Below are positions 15,430 to 23,208 of a stretch of DNA of 41,300 bases, one piece after another. The DNA is taken from contig NSIA01000077.1 of NCBI GenBank assembly GCA_002737585.1, positions 1-41,300 on the forward strand, given 5' to 3'. The first letter of the stretch is position 1, and each line of letters starts with the position of its first letter. The notes beneath the pieces were generated by a model. It did not search any database and was not told the origin of the DNA. It was given only the letters and a program-made list of their open reading frames with translations. The position numbers were made by a program, and so were the translations under genes. Source of the DNA: Planctomycetaceae bacterium (GTDB lineage: Bacteria; Planctomycetota; Phycisphaerae; Phycisphaerales; SM1A02).

Positions 15430-16128
15430 ATGAGTAGCACGACCGACCCGAACCCGCGCCCAAAGCACGGCTCCGACCCAAGCGACCACGCTGAGGGCGG
15501 TTCAGCCGATCATGTTCCGGCCGAACAAAGTGGGAACCCCAGCGCCGCAGAGGCCCGAGACCAGCTTCCGTCTGAAAACGCTGAATTTCCGATACCCGTG
15601 AGCATCTCCATGTTGGTCGCCGACCAATACGGCGCGCTCCGTGCACTGGCCGAACGGCAAGTAAAGGCGGAACGGGCCCGGACCGGCCAACAGACGATCA
15701 GTCCGACATCGCTTCTTGGTGAAACGTTCCGGCGTCTCGTCCAACAAGAAACCAAGATCGCCAACTCCGACCACCTGGCTGCCATTGCCACGATGCTCTT
15801 TGTCCGCATCATTGCCGATCGCCGTCGTCGAAGACTGACGATCAAGCGCGGTGGAGGCGCCAAGCAGCTGCCCATCGGTGAAGAGCTCGCGGAGAGTGGC
15901 GCGCGATCCCCCGCTGAAGAATCCGCCCACATGTCGGATGTGGATGTCCTGCACGACAAGCTTGCTGAACTGGCACAGATTTCGCCACGCCGGGCGGAGG
16001 CGCTTTCGCTGCACATGATTGGTGGCATCACTATCCCCAACGTTGCCAAACTACTCAACGTCTCCGTCGCTACCGTGGAACGCGACTTAGCGCTCGCACG
16101 CGCGTGGCTTGCTGCGCAGATGCGGTGA
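15430..16128 (+). CDS. ECF-type RNA polymerase sigma factor (Sigma70_ECF / TIGR02999-like) with an approximately 60-aa low-complexity N-terminal extension
   Basis: 'TISPTSLLGETFRRLV' matches the family 'TLQPTALVNEAYLRL'. The C-terminal region-4 HTH is 'ALSLHMIGGITIPNVAKLLNVSVATVERDLALARAWL'. The first ~60 aa, 'MSSTTDPNPRPKHGSDPSDHAEGG...', are polar and Pro-rich. Confidence 0.8.
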   Translation: MSSTTDPNPRPKHGSDPSDHAEGGSADHVPAEQSGNPSAAEARDQLPSENAEFPIPVSISMLVADQYGALRALAERQVKAERARTGQQTISPTSLLGETFRRLVQQETKIANSDHLAAIATMLFVRIIADRRRRRLTIKRGGGAKQLPIGEELAESGARSPAEESAHMSDVDVLHDKLAELAQISPRRAEALSLHMIGGITIPNVAKLLNVSVATVERDLALARAWLAAQMR

Positions 16129-16136
16129 TGTAATGG

Positions 16137-16255
16137 GAGATGAGATGAGATGAGATGAGATGAGATGAGAGGAGATGAGGTGCGGTGCGGCGCGGCGCGG
16201 TGCGGCGCGGTGCGGTGCGTGCGGCGATACCGTGCCGTGCCGTGCGGCGCGGGGC
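16137..16255. repeat. Compound pentanucleotide microsatellite: (GAGAT)~8, then (GGYGC)~8-9, then (CGTGC)3
   Basis: Read directly from the sequence. GAGAT units span 16137-16176, six perfect plus variants. GGTGC/GGCGC units span 16179-16218 in phase and continue in degenerate form to 16226. CGTGC x3 spans 16231-16245. The block fills the gap between the sigma-factor stop (16128) and the convergent GAF-gene stop (16265). Confidence 0.9.
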
Positions 16256-16264
16256 AGAAACTGC

Positions 16265-16720
16265 TTACTCCGGAACCGGCCGGAACCGCACTAACGACGA
16301 CCCACACTCGATCAACTGTGCCGTCTCTTCGTCAGTAAAGGTTCGTTCGCCGATATTCGCAATGCCGAGTGTCCCTACAAGTGCGGCGCCACTTCGGACA
16401 GGCACCACGATCGAACCCGCTAGGCCGAGCGAGCGCGCCGCGGGCTGCACTACTCCGGAACCATCGCGGTTCAGGTTGCACCACGAAACTGGCTCGTTCA
16501 ATTCGGCACAGACCCCCGCCATGCCCTTGCCTATTGGAATGATGCGGATGTGTTCCATGACCGGGGGTGGGATGGCTCCGTGGAACGCTGCCAAGTGAAG
16601 CATGCCATCGGTGCCGAGAAAGTGCAGCGTGCCGGTGTGGGCCGCGAACGTTCGAATAACCGCCGCAAGAGCGACGGTGGCGTCCGTTGCCAAGGCGATG
16701 TCTGAGGGAATCGTTGTCAT
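16265..16720 (-). CDS. Small single-domain GAF protein
   Basis: 'IPIGKGMAGVCAELNEPV...GSIVVPV...LVGTLGIANIGERTFTDEETAQL' follows the GAF / free-Met-sulfoxide-reductase-like fold pattern. It lacks the 'GHIACD' catalytic segment of fRMsr. I chose the ATG at 16720; the TTG at 16741 is an alternative. The gene lies 30 nt downstream of aroC on the same strand. Confidence 0.7.
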   Translation of the reverse strand: MTTIPSDIALATDATVALAAVIRTFAAHTGTLHFLGTDGMLHLAAFHGAIPPPVMEHIRIIPIGKGMAGVCAELNEPVSWCNLNRDGSGVVQPAARSLGLAGSIVVPVRSGAALVGTLGIANIGERTFTDEETAQLIECGSSLVRFRPVPE

Positions 16721-16750
16721 AGCAATCTCGCTTGTATCCAAGATGCTGAA

Positions 16751-17920
16751 TCACTCGTGGGCGTGCAGTGCGCGCGCCAACTGCATGGTGGCGTCAAAGT
16801 GCGCGCGGACTTCAGTCATGGAATCACCACCAAATTTAGCGAGAAATGCTGCCGCAATTTCAAACGCAACCACGCACTCCATCACCACACTCGCAGCGGC
16901 AATGGCACTGACATCACTGCGCTCGTACTGACTCTGTACCGATTCATGCGTGGCAAGGTCAACGCTGGGCATACCGCGCAGGAGCGTCGCTATTGGCTTC
17001 ATCGTGCCGCGAACCACCACCGGCATACCGTTGGTCATGCCGCCTTCCAGTCCGCCCGCGTTGTTACTGGGGCGAGTGAATCCCAGATGCGATTCGCCGG
17101 CCAGTGACCGGTCGTATGCGATTGGGTCATGCACTTGACTGCCGAAATGCCACGCGCAATCGGCACCCATACCGATTTCAACGGCTTTGAATGCTTGAAT
17201 ACCCATGACGGCAGCAGCTAATCGCGAGTCGAGGCGCTCATTCCACTGCACGCATGTACCGAGGCCGGGCGGAACACCCAGGACATGCACCTCAACGCGA
17301 CCTCCCACGGTGTCCTGTTCCACCTTGGCCTTGTGTATGTGATCGATGATCCGCGCGCCTGTTTCCGAGTCTGGGCAGTACACGTCACTGGCGTCGCGCG
17401 CGGCCCGCAGTTCGGGCAATGATTCTGCGTCCACCTCTACGACACAGGTGGCATCGATGGCGCCGCTTACAAACCCAAAGACTTCGATTCCAAATTCGCG
17501 CAAGAACACTTGGGCGAGCGCACCCGCTGCAACGCGTGCTGCTGTTTCCCGCGCACTGGCGCGTTCCAGCGTGCCACGACAATCCTGGGTCAACCACTTG
17601 AGACTGCCCGCAAGGTCGGCGTGACCGGGCCGCGGGCGAGTGACCGGCGGCGTCTTGACGGCGTCATCAAGCCGGCTGTCCTTGTTGACAATCTCAAGTA
17701 CCACTGGCGACCCAAGTGTCACGCCGGCGCGCACACCGGTCAACAACCGCACGACATCGGTCTCGATGCGCTGCCTTCCACCACGGCCGTAGCCACCCTG
17801 ACGGCGCGCGAGTTCCGCATTGATGAATGTGGTGTCGATGGCCAGCCCTGCAGGAAGTCCTTCCACAAACGCCAAGGTTGTTGGTCCGTGAGACTCGCCA
17901 GCAGTGCGGTAGGTCAGCAT
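16751..17920 (-). CDS. aroC: Chorismate synthase
   Basis: 'MLTYRTAGESHGP', 'RRQGGYGRGGRQ', 'RPGHADL', 'RASARETAARVAAG' and 'GGLEGGMTNG' are canonical AroC motifs. The ATG at 17920 matches the family start. Confidence 0.95.
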   Translation of the reverse strand: MLTYRTAGESHGPTTLAFVEGLPAGLAIDTTFINAELARRQGGYGRGGRQRIETDVVRLLTGVRAGVTLGSPVVLEIVNKDSRLDDAVKTPPVTRPRPGHADLAGSLKWLTQDCRGTLERASARETAARVAAGALAQVFLREFGIEVFGFVSGAIDATCVVEVDAESLPELRAARDASDVYCPDSETGARIIDHIHKAKVEQDTVGGRVEVHVLGVPPGLGTCVQWNERLDSRLAAAVMGIQAFKAVEIGMGADCAWHFGSQVHDPIAYDRSLAGESHLGFTRPSNNAGGLEGGMTNGMPVVVRGTMKPIATLLRGMPSVDLATHESVQSQYERSDVSAIAAASVVMECVVAFEIAAAFLAKFGGDSMTEVRAHFDATMQLARALHAHE

Positions 17921-18007
17921 GGATTGCAAGGATATCCACGTTGCCACGTTGAAACGAGATGTGCTGCCGTCCCCATGCGTATGCCATGGGCAATCACTTG
18001 CTACACC

Positions 18008-19903
18008 ATGCAGAACATGTCAGTCGATCCACATGAGCATCTCGTTCCCGCTGCCACTACTGCGAGCCACGAAACGCGCGATTTTTCTGAGGTCGCTGCG
18101 GTTGAATCACCTGTTCCGCATGGCGCTGAGCGCACTGCACCGCTCGGAATGTTCCGCGACCCGGCGTGGTGCATCGCACTTGCGGCGGTGATTGCGTTGG
18201 CGTGGTTCGTACGCGGAACGATGCTTTTTCGTGGCGCGGTGCCGGCAGGAATGGATGCTGGTTACTACGCGGTACAAGCACGGGATTTGCTGGAGCGCGG
18301 ATCCCTTCGATGGGCCGATGTTCCTATCACCTTTCTGGTTGACGCGGTGGTTGCCAAATGCTTGATGGTCACGCTTGGGTGGGACATCGACACCGCCACT
18401 CTCTTTGCCTCCCGCATCGTGGATGCTTTGGCGGAACCGATGGTGGCGATTCCCTTGTTCATCGCGGCGTGGATCTTCGCGGGTGGGAAGCGCAGCATGA
18501 TTCCGGGGGCTATCGCTGTTGGATTGGCCGTCACCGTGAGCGCTCCACTGCTACGGATGGTTGGTGACTTTGAGAAGCAATCAATGGCGTATGTGTTTAT
18601 GGCAGGAACATGGATATGCGGATGGATCGCGATGCGGTCGGAAAGTGGACGCGGTGCGAAGCGCTGGTGGGTCGTCGCGGCGTTACTGCTGGTGATGGCG
18701 GCGCTTACGCACGCGGGCACATTCGCTGCAACGGCACTTGGTGCAGCGTTGATGCTGGGGGTTCGGGCGGTGCGGGGAGGAGTCGATCGAAGAAAGGTGG
18801 TACGCGCGGCGGTCGTACTGATGGCGATCGGAGCGGTGTCATTCGGCGCGGTGTGGTGGCTAGCGCCGGGCAAGGCGACAGCGATCATGAAGTTGCCGAT
18901 CACCCTCATCACCCCCGAACAAATTGGTCCGGGAGGACCGGGACGATTTTCGCGCGAAAGCGACCAAGAAATTGGTCCGGGGGGATCGGGACGAATTTTC
19001 ATGGGTGAAGGAGGCGCACGCGGTCCAGGGGGGTCGGGAGGACCGGGAGGACCGGGAGGACCGGGAGGACCGGGAGGACCGGGAGGATTATTGATGGGGG
19101 CGGTTTGGATCGGGGCTGTGCTGCTCGGGACTGCACTCCTCGCGCGGGCCACGCGATCACTCACGCGAACAGTCGCCGATGAAGCACTCGTGATTGGCAT
19201 GTTCTTTACAGCTGCATGCCTCGTCTGCCCCATCTTCAGCGGAGATCACATGATGCGACTTGCGCTGATGGTGCCCGTACCAATGGCATGCATAGCGGTG
19301 TACTTACTTTGTACAAGCAGACGACCCGTGATTCGAATTGTGCAGTGGTCCGTATCAGCCGTCGCAGCAGTATTCCTTGTTGTCAGTGCCACCAACCACA
19401 TGCATGGGCGGCTCATGGAAACCATCAGTGATGAGGGCTATGCGGACCTACGTTCGTGGCGCACAGAACTGATCCCCGGTGATCAAGCGGTCGTTGCGGC
19501 TCGGCATGGATTGGAATTCTGGGCGGCGTTTGCAATGGATACACACGGGCGCTGGGGCACACTCAAGGACTCGGACTTCGATCAGTACGAACGCCTCTAT
19601 GTGTTAGAAACACGGCGCGGACCGAACGGGCCACGCGGTGGTCCTGGCCCGAGGCCTGGTGCTGGCGCTGATCGTGGGCCCGGCCCCGGTCGTGGACCTG
19701 GTCGCGGTCCTGGCCCCGGTCGCGGTCCCGGCCGCGGCCCTGGTCGCGGACGAGACCCAATGGCCGATCCGGTCATTCCGGCGGAAGCACTCATCGTGAA
19801 ACAGTCCGATCAGTTCACGCTGTGGGAAGTTCCAAAGTCAGCGCGCGAATCGTTCAGCGCCGGCCCAGACAGCATGGGCCGCACTCGCCCCGCGGAGCAG
19901 TAA
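18008..19903 (+). CDS. Polytopic membrane protein, putative GT-C fold (ArnT/PMT-like) glycosyltransferase, with two Gly-Pro repeat inserts
   Basis: There are about 10 hydrophobic helices. The first loop, 'GMDAGYYAVQARDLLERGSL', resembles the D-x-x-Y..A...L..G loop of GT39/GT83 enzymes. The start is uncertain (ATG 17975, 18008 or 18017). The 17510-18007 part of the ORF is antisense to aroC and is rejected. Confidence 0.55.
   Translation: MQNMSVDPHEHLVPAATTASHETRDFSEVAAVESPVPHGAERTAPLGMFRDPAWCIALAAVIALAWFVRGTMLFRGAVPAGMDAGYYAVQARDLLERGSLRWADVPITFLVDAVVAKCLMVTLGWDIDTATLFASRIVDALAEPMVAIPLFIAAWIFAGGKRSMIPGAIAVGLAVTVSAPLLRMVGDFEKQSMAYVFMAGTWICGWIAMRSESGRGAKRWWVVAALLLVMAALTHAGTFAATALGAALMLGVRAVRGGVDRRKVVRAAVVLMAIGAVSFGAVWWLAPGKATAIMKLPITLITPEQIGPGGPGRFSRESDQEIGPGGSGRIFMGEGGARGPGGSGGPGGPGGPGGPGGPGGLLMGAVWIGAVLLGTALLARATRSLTRTVADEALVIGMFFTAACLVCPIFSGDHMMRLALMVPVPMACIAVYLLCTSRRPVIRIVQWSVSAVAAVFLVVSATNHMHGRLMETISDEGYADLRSWRTELIPGDQAVVAARHGLEFWAAFAMDTHGRWGTLKDSDFDQYERLYVLETRRGPNGPRGGPGPRPGAGADRGPGPGRGPGRGPGPGRGPGRGPGRGRDPMADPVIPAEALIVKQSDQFTLWEVPKSARESFSAGPDSMGRTRPAEQ
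18921..19087 (+). repeat. Coding tandem repeats: a ~31-nt segment duplicated with a 48-nt period, then (GGAGGACCG)x5
   Basis: AAATTGGTCCGGGAGGACCGGGACGATTTTC (18921-18951) matches AAATTGGTCCGGGGGGATCGGGACGAATTTTC (18969-19000). Five perfect 9-nt units run from 19037 to 19081, with a partial unit to 19087. The region encodes 'IGPGGPGRF..IGPGGSGRIF..GPGGSGGPGGPGGPGGPGGPGG'. Confidence 0.9.
19619..19753 (+). repeat. Coding GC-rich 12-nt periodic repeat (GGN CCN GGN CGN) encoding (GPGR)n
   Basis: It encodes 'GPNGPRGGPGPRPGAGADRGPGPGRGPGRGPGPGRGPGRGPGRGR' near the C-terminus of the membrane protein. Confidence 0.85.
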
Positions 19904-19937
19904 ACCGCCTGTTTCGCCACGGATGTGTGACTTACTC

Positions 19938-21581
19938 TCAATCCGTATGCCACAAGCGGAACTGTCTCTCCGCCTGCTTGGTGAACATGACCCAACCATC
20001 AACCGTGCGCGCGCCGCATGAGCGCGCATAAACAAGGAGTGGCGTCTCAAGCGGTGCATACACGGTATCCATGACCGTAACGCTGTCATCAAGATGAACA
20101 TCGCCAGCGAGTGGATTGCCCTGTGGGTCCGATCCGCCTTGCATACCCACCGGCGTGCAATTGACAAATGCATGAAAGCCGCCACTGCCGAGTTCTGCAG
20201 TTCGCCCTGCAATGATCGATCCTGCAACCGCATCGCTATTGCCAAGCCCGCCTGCCGCGTTGCGTGCCTGCGCAGCAGCTTCTTGCAACTGCGCACACAT
20301 CCGACGCGCCCGATCTTCATTGCGGTTGAAGACCACCACCTGCGCGCCCTCATCCGCTAGTCCAACAGCAACCGCACGAGCAACCCCACCAGCACCAAGT
20401 ACGGCAATGCGTTTCCCGCGCAGCGCCGCGCGTTCGATCCCCATACCGTACGTCAGCGCATCCACTGCAGCAGGCGCGTCAGTATTAGCGCAATGCAACG
20501 CACCTGCTGCATTCAGATACAGCGTGTTTGCTGCACCAATGCGTGCCGCAAGCGCCTCGACGTAACCGCCCTGCTCAGTCACAAATCGCACCAAGTGCTC
20601 CTTGTGGGGAATCGTCACACACGCACCACGGAAGTCAAGCGGCGCAAATGCCAACAGCTCCGCAACGGTCGCCTTGAAATGTTCATACTCCGGCGGAATT
20701 GGCATCGGAAGCAGCACTGCATTACGCCCAGCCGCCCGAAACCATTCGTTGTGCACGTGCGGACTCCGCGAGTGACTGACCGGCCAACCGATCACGCCAA
20801 AGACACGCGTGGCTGAATCAATGCTCCGAAACCCGTACAGATTGACCATGTCCTGCACCGAAACTTGCCCCGGCGCTGTCCCAGCTGCGTTTGCTGCGGC
20901 GCGCTGTGCATCGGAATCACTCCCTGCATGTGCGAAGGTAAGAAATGCGCCAAACTTCGGCGCAAGAACGCGGCTCATCAGCCCAGGTTCGCCCATGCAC
21001 AACACCACTGCTGGCTTCACGCGTGTGGCGAGCAACTCGAAGGCTTCAATGTTGTCGCGCACACTGCGCGCACGCCATGCGACCTTTGCCACGGCGCACG
21101 CGTCCGCCTCCGCCATGGCCGTCCACTGACGAAGCAGTGCCGCGGGGCGGCCTTCAAAGTCATGCGCGCTCAAGATCAATCGCGTGCCCACCGTACGCAC
21201 TTGGCCAGGGTGTTCGACACAGAGTTCCAATTTTTGTCGCACATTCGCGCTGCGCTGCAGATCCGCGAGTTCAAAGTCAATGTAGGTGGGCGCCACTTCG
21301 CCGCTCGCGGTGCAAAGTGCCTCTAAAAAACTGACGCGATCCGTTTCGTCACCACGCCACTCGCCGCCCTCACGAGCGCCACGGATAGTCACGATGCACG
21401 GCACCGGCGATTCACGCACCAAGGTCCGCACATGGCGCAATGCGTCCTCACATTCTGCCAACGCGTCGACGCGCCATTCCACCATGTCAGCACCATGCTC
21501 AACTGCACGACGCGCATCGGCAAGCGCAACGTGGATCTCATCGGGGGCTTCAACGGAAATTGACACGCAAAGGTGAGTCAC
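19938..21581 (-). CDS. aroDE: Bifunctional type I 3-dehydroquinate dehydratase / shikimate 5-dehydrogenase (AroD-AroE fusion)
   Basis: The N-terminal half is type I DHQase-like ('HLCVSISVE...HGADMVEWRVDAL...ILSAHDFEG...AKVA'). The C-terminal half is AroE-like ('VFGVIGWPVSHSRSPHVHNEWF', 'NTD', the Rossmann motif 'VLGAGGVARAVAVGL', 'VMDTVYAPLETPLL'). The preferred start is the GTG at 21581, 8 nt after AGGA. The ORF-track TTG at 21629 is an alternative. Confidence 0.9.
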   Translation of the reverse strand: MTHLCVSISVEAPDEIHVALADARRAVEHGADMVEWRVDALAECEDALRHVRTLVRESPVPCIVTIRGAREGGEWRGDETDRVSFLEALCTASGEVAPTYIDFELADLQRSANVRQKLELCVEHPGQVRTVGTRLILSAHDFEGRPAALLRQWTAMAEADACAVAKVAWRARSVRDNIEAFELLATRVKPAVVLCMGEPGLMSRVLAPKFGAFLTFAHAGSDSDAQRAAANAAGTAPGQVSVQDMVNLYGFRSIDSATRVFGVIGWPVSHSRSPHVHNEWFRAAGRNAVLLPMPIPPEYEHFKATVAELLAFAPLDFRGACVTIPHKEHLVRFVTEQGGYVEALAARIGAANTLYLNAAGALHCANTDAPAAVDALTYGMGIERAALRGKRIAVLGAGGVARAVAVGLADEGAQVVVFNRNEDRARRMCAQLQEAAAQARNAAGGLGNSDAVAGSIIAGRTAELGSGGFHAFVNCTPVGMQGGSDPQGNPLAGDVHLDDSVTVMDTVYAPLETPLLVYARSCGARTVDGWVMFTKQAERQFRLWHTD

Positions 21582-21628
21582 GGGCGGAATCCTACGGCGT
21601 GCGGCGTTGGCAGTTACGATTCCACCCA

Positions 21629-22240
21629 ATGACCGACGAGATTGCCGAAGAGGCCTACCAGTTCATGCGCGCGCACCTGTACGGAAAGATTCGCTTCGGC
21701 GAGGATCGTGTGGATATTCGCGTGGCGCCAACCGCCAGTGGCCACTTGGTGGCTTCAGTCATGGTGGCTATGTTGCGCTCGGTAGACACCGTGTTGGAGC
21801 TGCCTGACGACAGTGATGACGCGCTGGTCTTACAAGTGACCCTTGAGCAGATTGACGAGAATGGCCCGGATGGCGCCATCTGCGATCGCTGGTGCATCTA
21901 TCACGGCGAGCCGCCAGATGTCCGATGGGCGCGCATGCAAATCGATGCCGCACGATTCAAGGGCTACTTCATCGATGGCCAAGCGCTCATGCGCGAGAAT
22001 CCGTTTGCATCTCAAGAGGGCGCGCTCTGCAAGGAACTCAATAGCTCTTGCCAAGAGTTGGTGATTCGCGCGGCACGAGCATCCGGTGAACACCTACTCA
22101 TTGACCCAAAGGTGGTTGGTGTCGACCCATGGGGCATTGATGCGCGCGCCCAACTCGGAATTGCACGAATTTCAGCCAATCCAGCCCTTGCGTCTGCAAA
22201 CAACGTCAAACCGTGGCTGACAGAACAAGCCGCTGGGTGA
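21629..22240 (+). CDS. Hypothetical protein, possibly PNPOx-like split barrel plus DUF2470 (HugZ-like) fold
   Basis: The ATG at 21629 starts a 203-aa product. The C-terminal 'ELNSSCQELVIRAARASGEHLLIDPKVVGVDPWGIDARAQLGIARI' resembles the DUF2470 pattern (helix, then 'xxMxGiDxxGfDl'). This assignment comes from memory of the pattern only. Confidence 0.45.
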   Translation: MTDEIAEEAYQFMRAHLYGKIRFGEDRVDIRVAPTASGHLVASVMVAMLRSVDTVLELPDDSDDALVLQVTLEQIDENGPDGAICDRWCIYHGEPPDVRWARMQIDAARFKGYFIDGQALMRENPFASQEGALCKELNSSCQELVIRAARASGEHLLIDPKVVGVDPWGIDARAQLGIARISANPALASANNVKPWLTEQAAG

Positions 22241-22312
22241 GGGCTTCGCGCGCCGTACGCGCCCGCTTAGACTGATCGTTCATCAATTCGATGTCCACGA
22301 AGGAAACTACCG

Positions 22313-23176
22313 ATGGCCCAAGGAATGTCCGGCAATCTGAACCACGCGATGATTGATGGGCCGCAAGGCAAAGCGGCTCAGGAGTACGCCAACCAATTTG
22401 GTGCGCCTGGCTTCCACGACATTACCAAGGCGTACATCGGACAGAATTACGGTGGGTATACGGCGGAGAACCAGGAAACATGGCGGGTTCTCTACGACCG
22501 GCAAATGCTGTACTTGGCAAACAATGCCAGCGAGGTTTACCTCCACGGCGCACGCAGCATTAACCTCGTTCGTGACCACATCCCTTACCTTGAGGGACCG
22601 CAGTCGGTGAACACGTTCTTGATGCCACTCACTGGTTGGCAGAGCAAGGCTGTTCCTGGCTATTTGCCGGCCAAGGCATTCTTTGCGTGCCTTGCTCGCC
22701 GCGAATTCCCGACCACCATCGTGATTCGTTCGCGCGAATCTATTGACTACTTACCTGAGCCAGACATCTTCCATGACATCTTTGGACATGTCCCGTTGCA
22801 TGCAGACCCCATCTTTGCCGACTTCCTGCAGACCTATGGCAAGGCTGCGGTCAGCACTGATGATCCGCACCACACCGAACGCCTTGCGCGTCTCTTCTGG
22901 TTCACCGTGGAGTTTGGTCTGATCCGCGAAGGCGGGCGGAATCGACTGTATGGAAGTGGACTGATTTCCAGTCCCGGCGAAAGTGCGCACGCCCTCGACT
23001 CCAAGGATGTCGACCGCCGTCCGTTCGACCTTGAGACGGTCTGCAACACGTCGTTTGAAATCGATCATTACCAGCCGATTCTCTATGTTCTGGAGAGCTT
23101 CGACCAACTGCGTGATGCCATGAACACCTACGCGCAGCGACTTCTGGACCCAGCGCGTCGACCCGTGAACGCCTAA
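22313..23176 (+). CDS. phhA: Phenylalanine 4-monooxygenase (bacterial aromatic amino-acid hydroxylase)
   Basis: 'PEPDIFHDIFGHVPLHADPIFADFLQTYG' carries the 2-His iron ligands. 'WFTVEFGLI...YGSGLISSPGE' carries the Glu ligand region. AAGGAA lies upstream of the ATG. Confidence 0.9.
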   Translation: MAQGMSGNLNHAMIDGPQGKAAQEYANQFGAPGFHDITKAYIGQNYGGYTAENQETWRVLYDRQMLYLANNASEVYLHGARSINLVRDHIPYLEGPQSVNTFLMPLTGWQSKAVPGYLPAKAFFACLARREFPTTIVIRSRESIDYLPEPDIFHDIFGHVPLHADPIFADFLQTYGKAAVSTDDPHHTERLARLFWFTVEFGLIREGGRNRLYGSGLISSPGESAHALDSKDVDRRPFDLETVCNTSFEIDHYQPILYVLESFDQLRDAMNTYAQRLLDPARRPVNA

Positions 23177-23208
23177 GTAGCGCGAACGTCACCGCTACAC
23201 TCCGCGCA

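Noticed and set aside
16137-16255. Whether the pentamer repeat block could be a CRISPR array or a degenerate mobile-element end.
   Set aside because: The units are 5 nt and contiguous, with no spacers. There are no cas genes, transposase, flanking inverted repeats or target-site duplication.
17510-18007. The upstream 166 codons of the 797-aa ORF for the membrane protein.
   Set aside because: They are entirely antisense to aroC and have no TM or domain features. Plausible ATG starts exist just past the aroC start.
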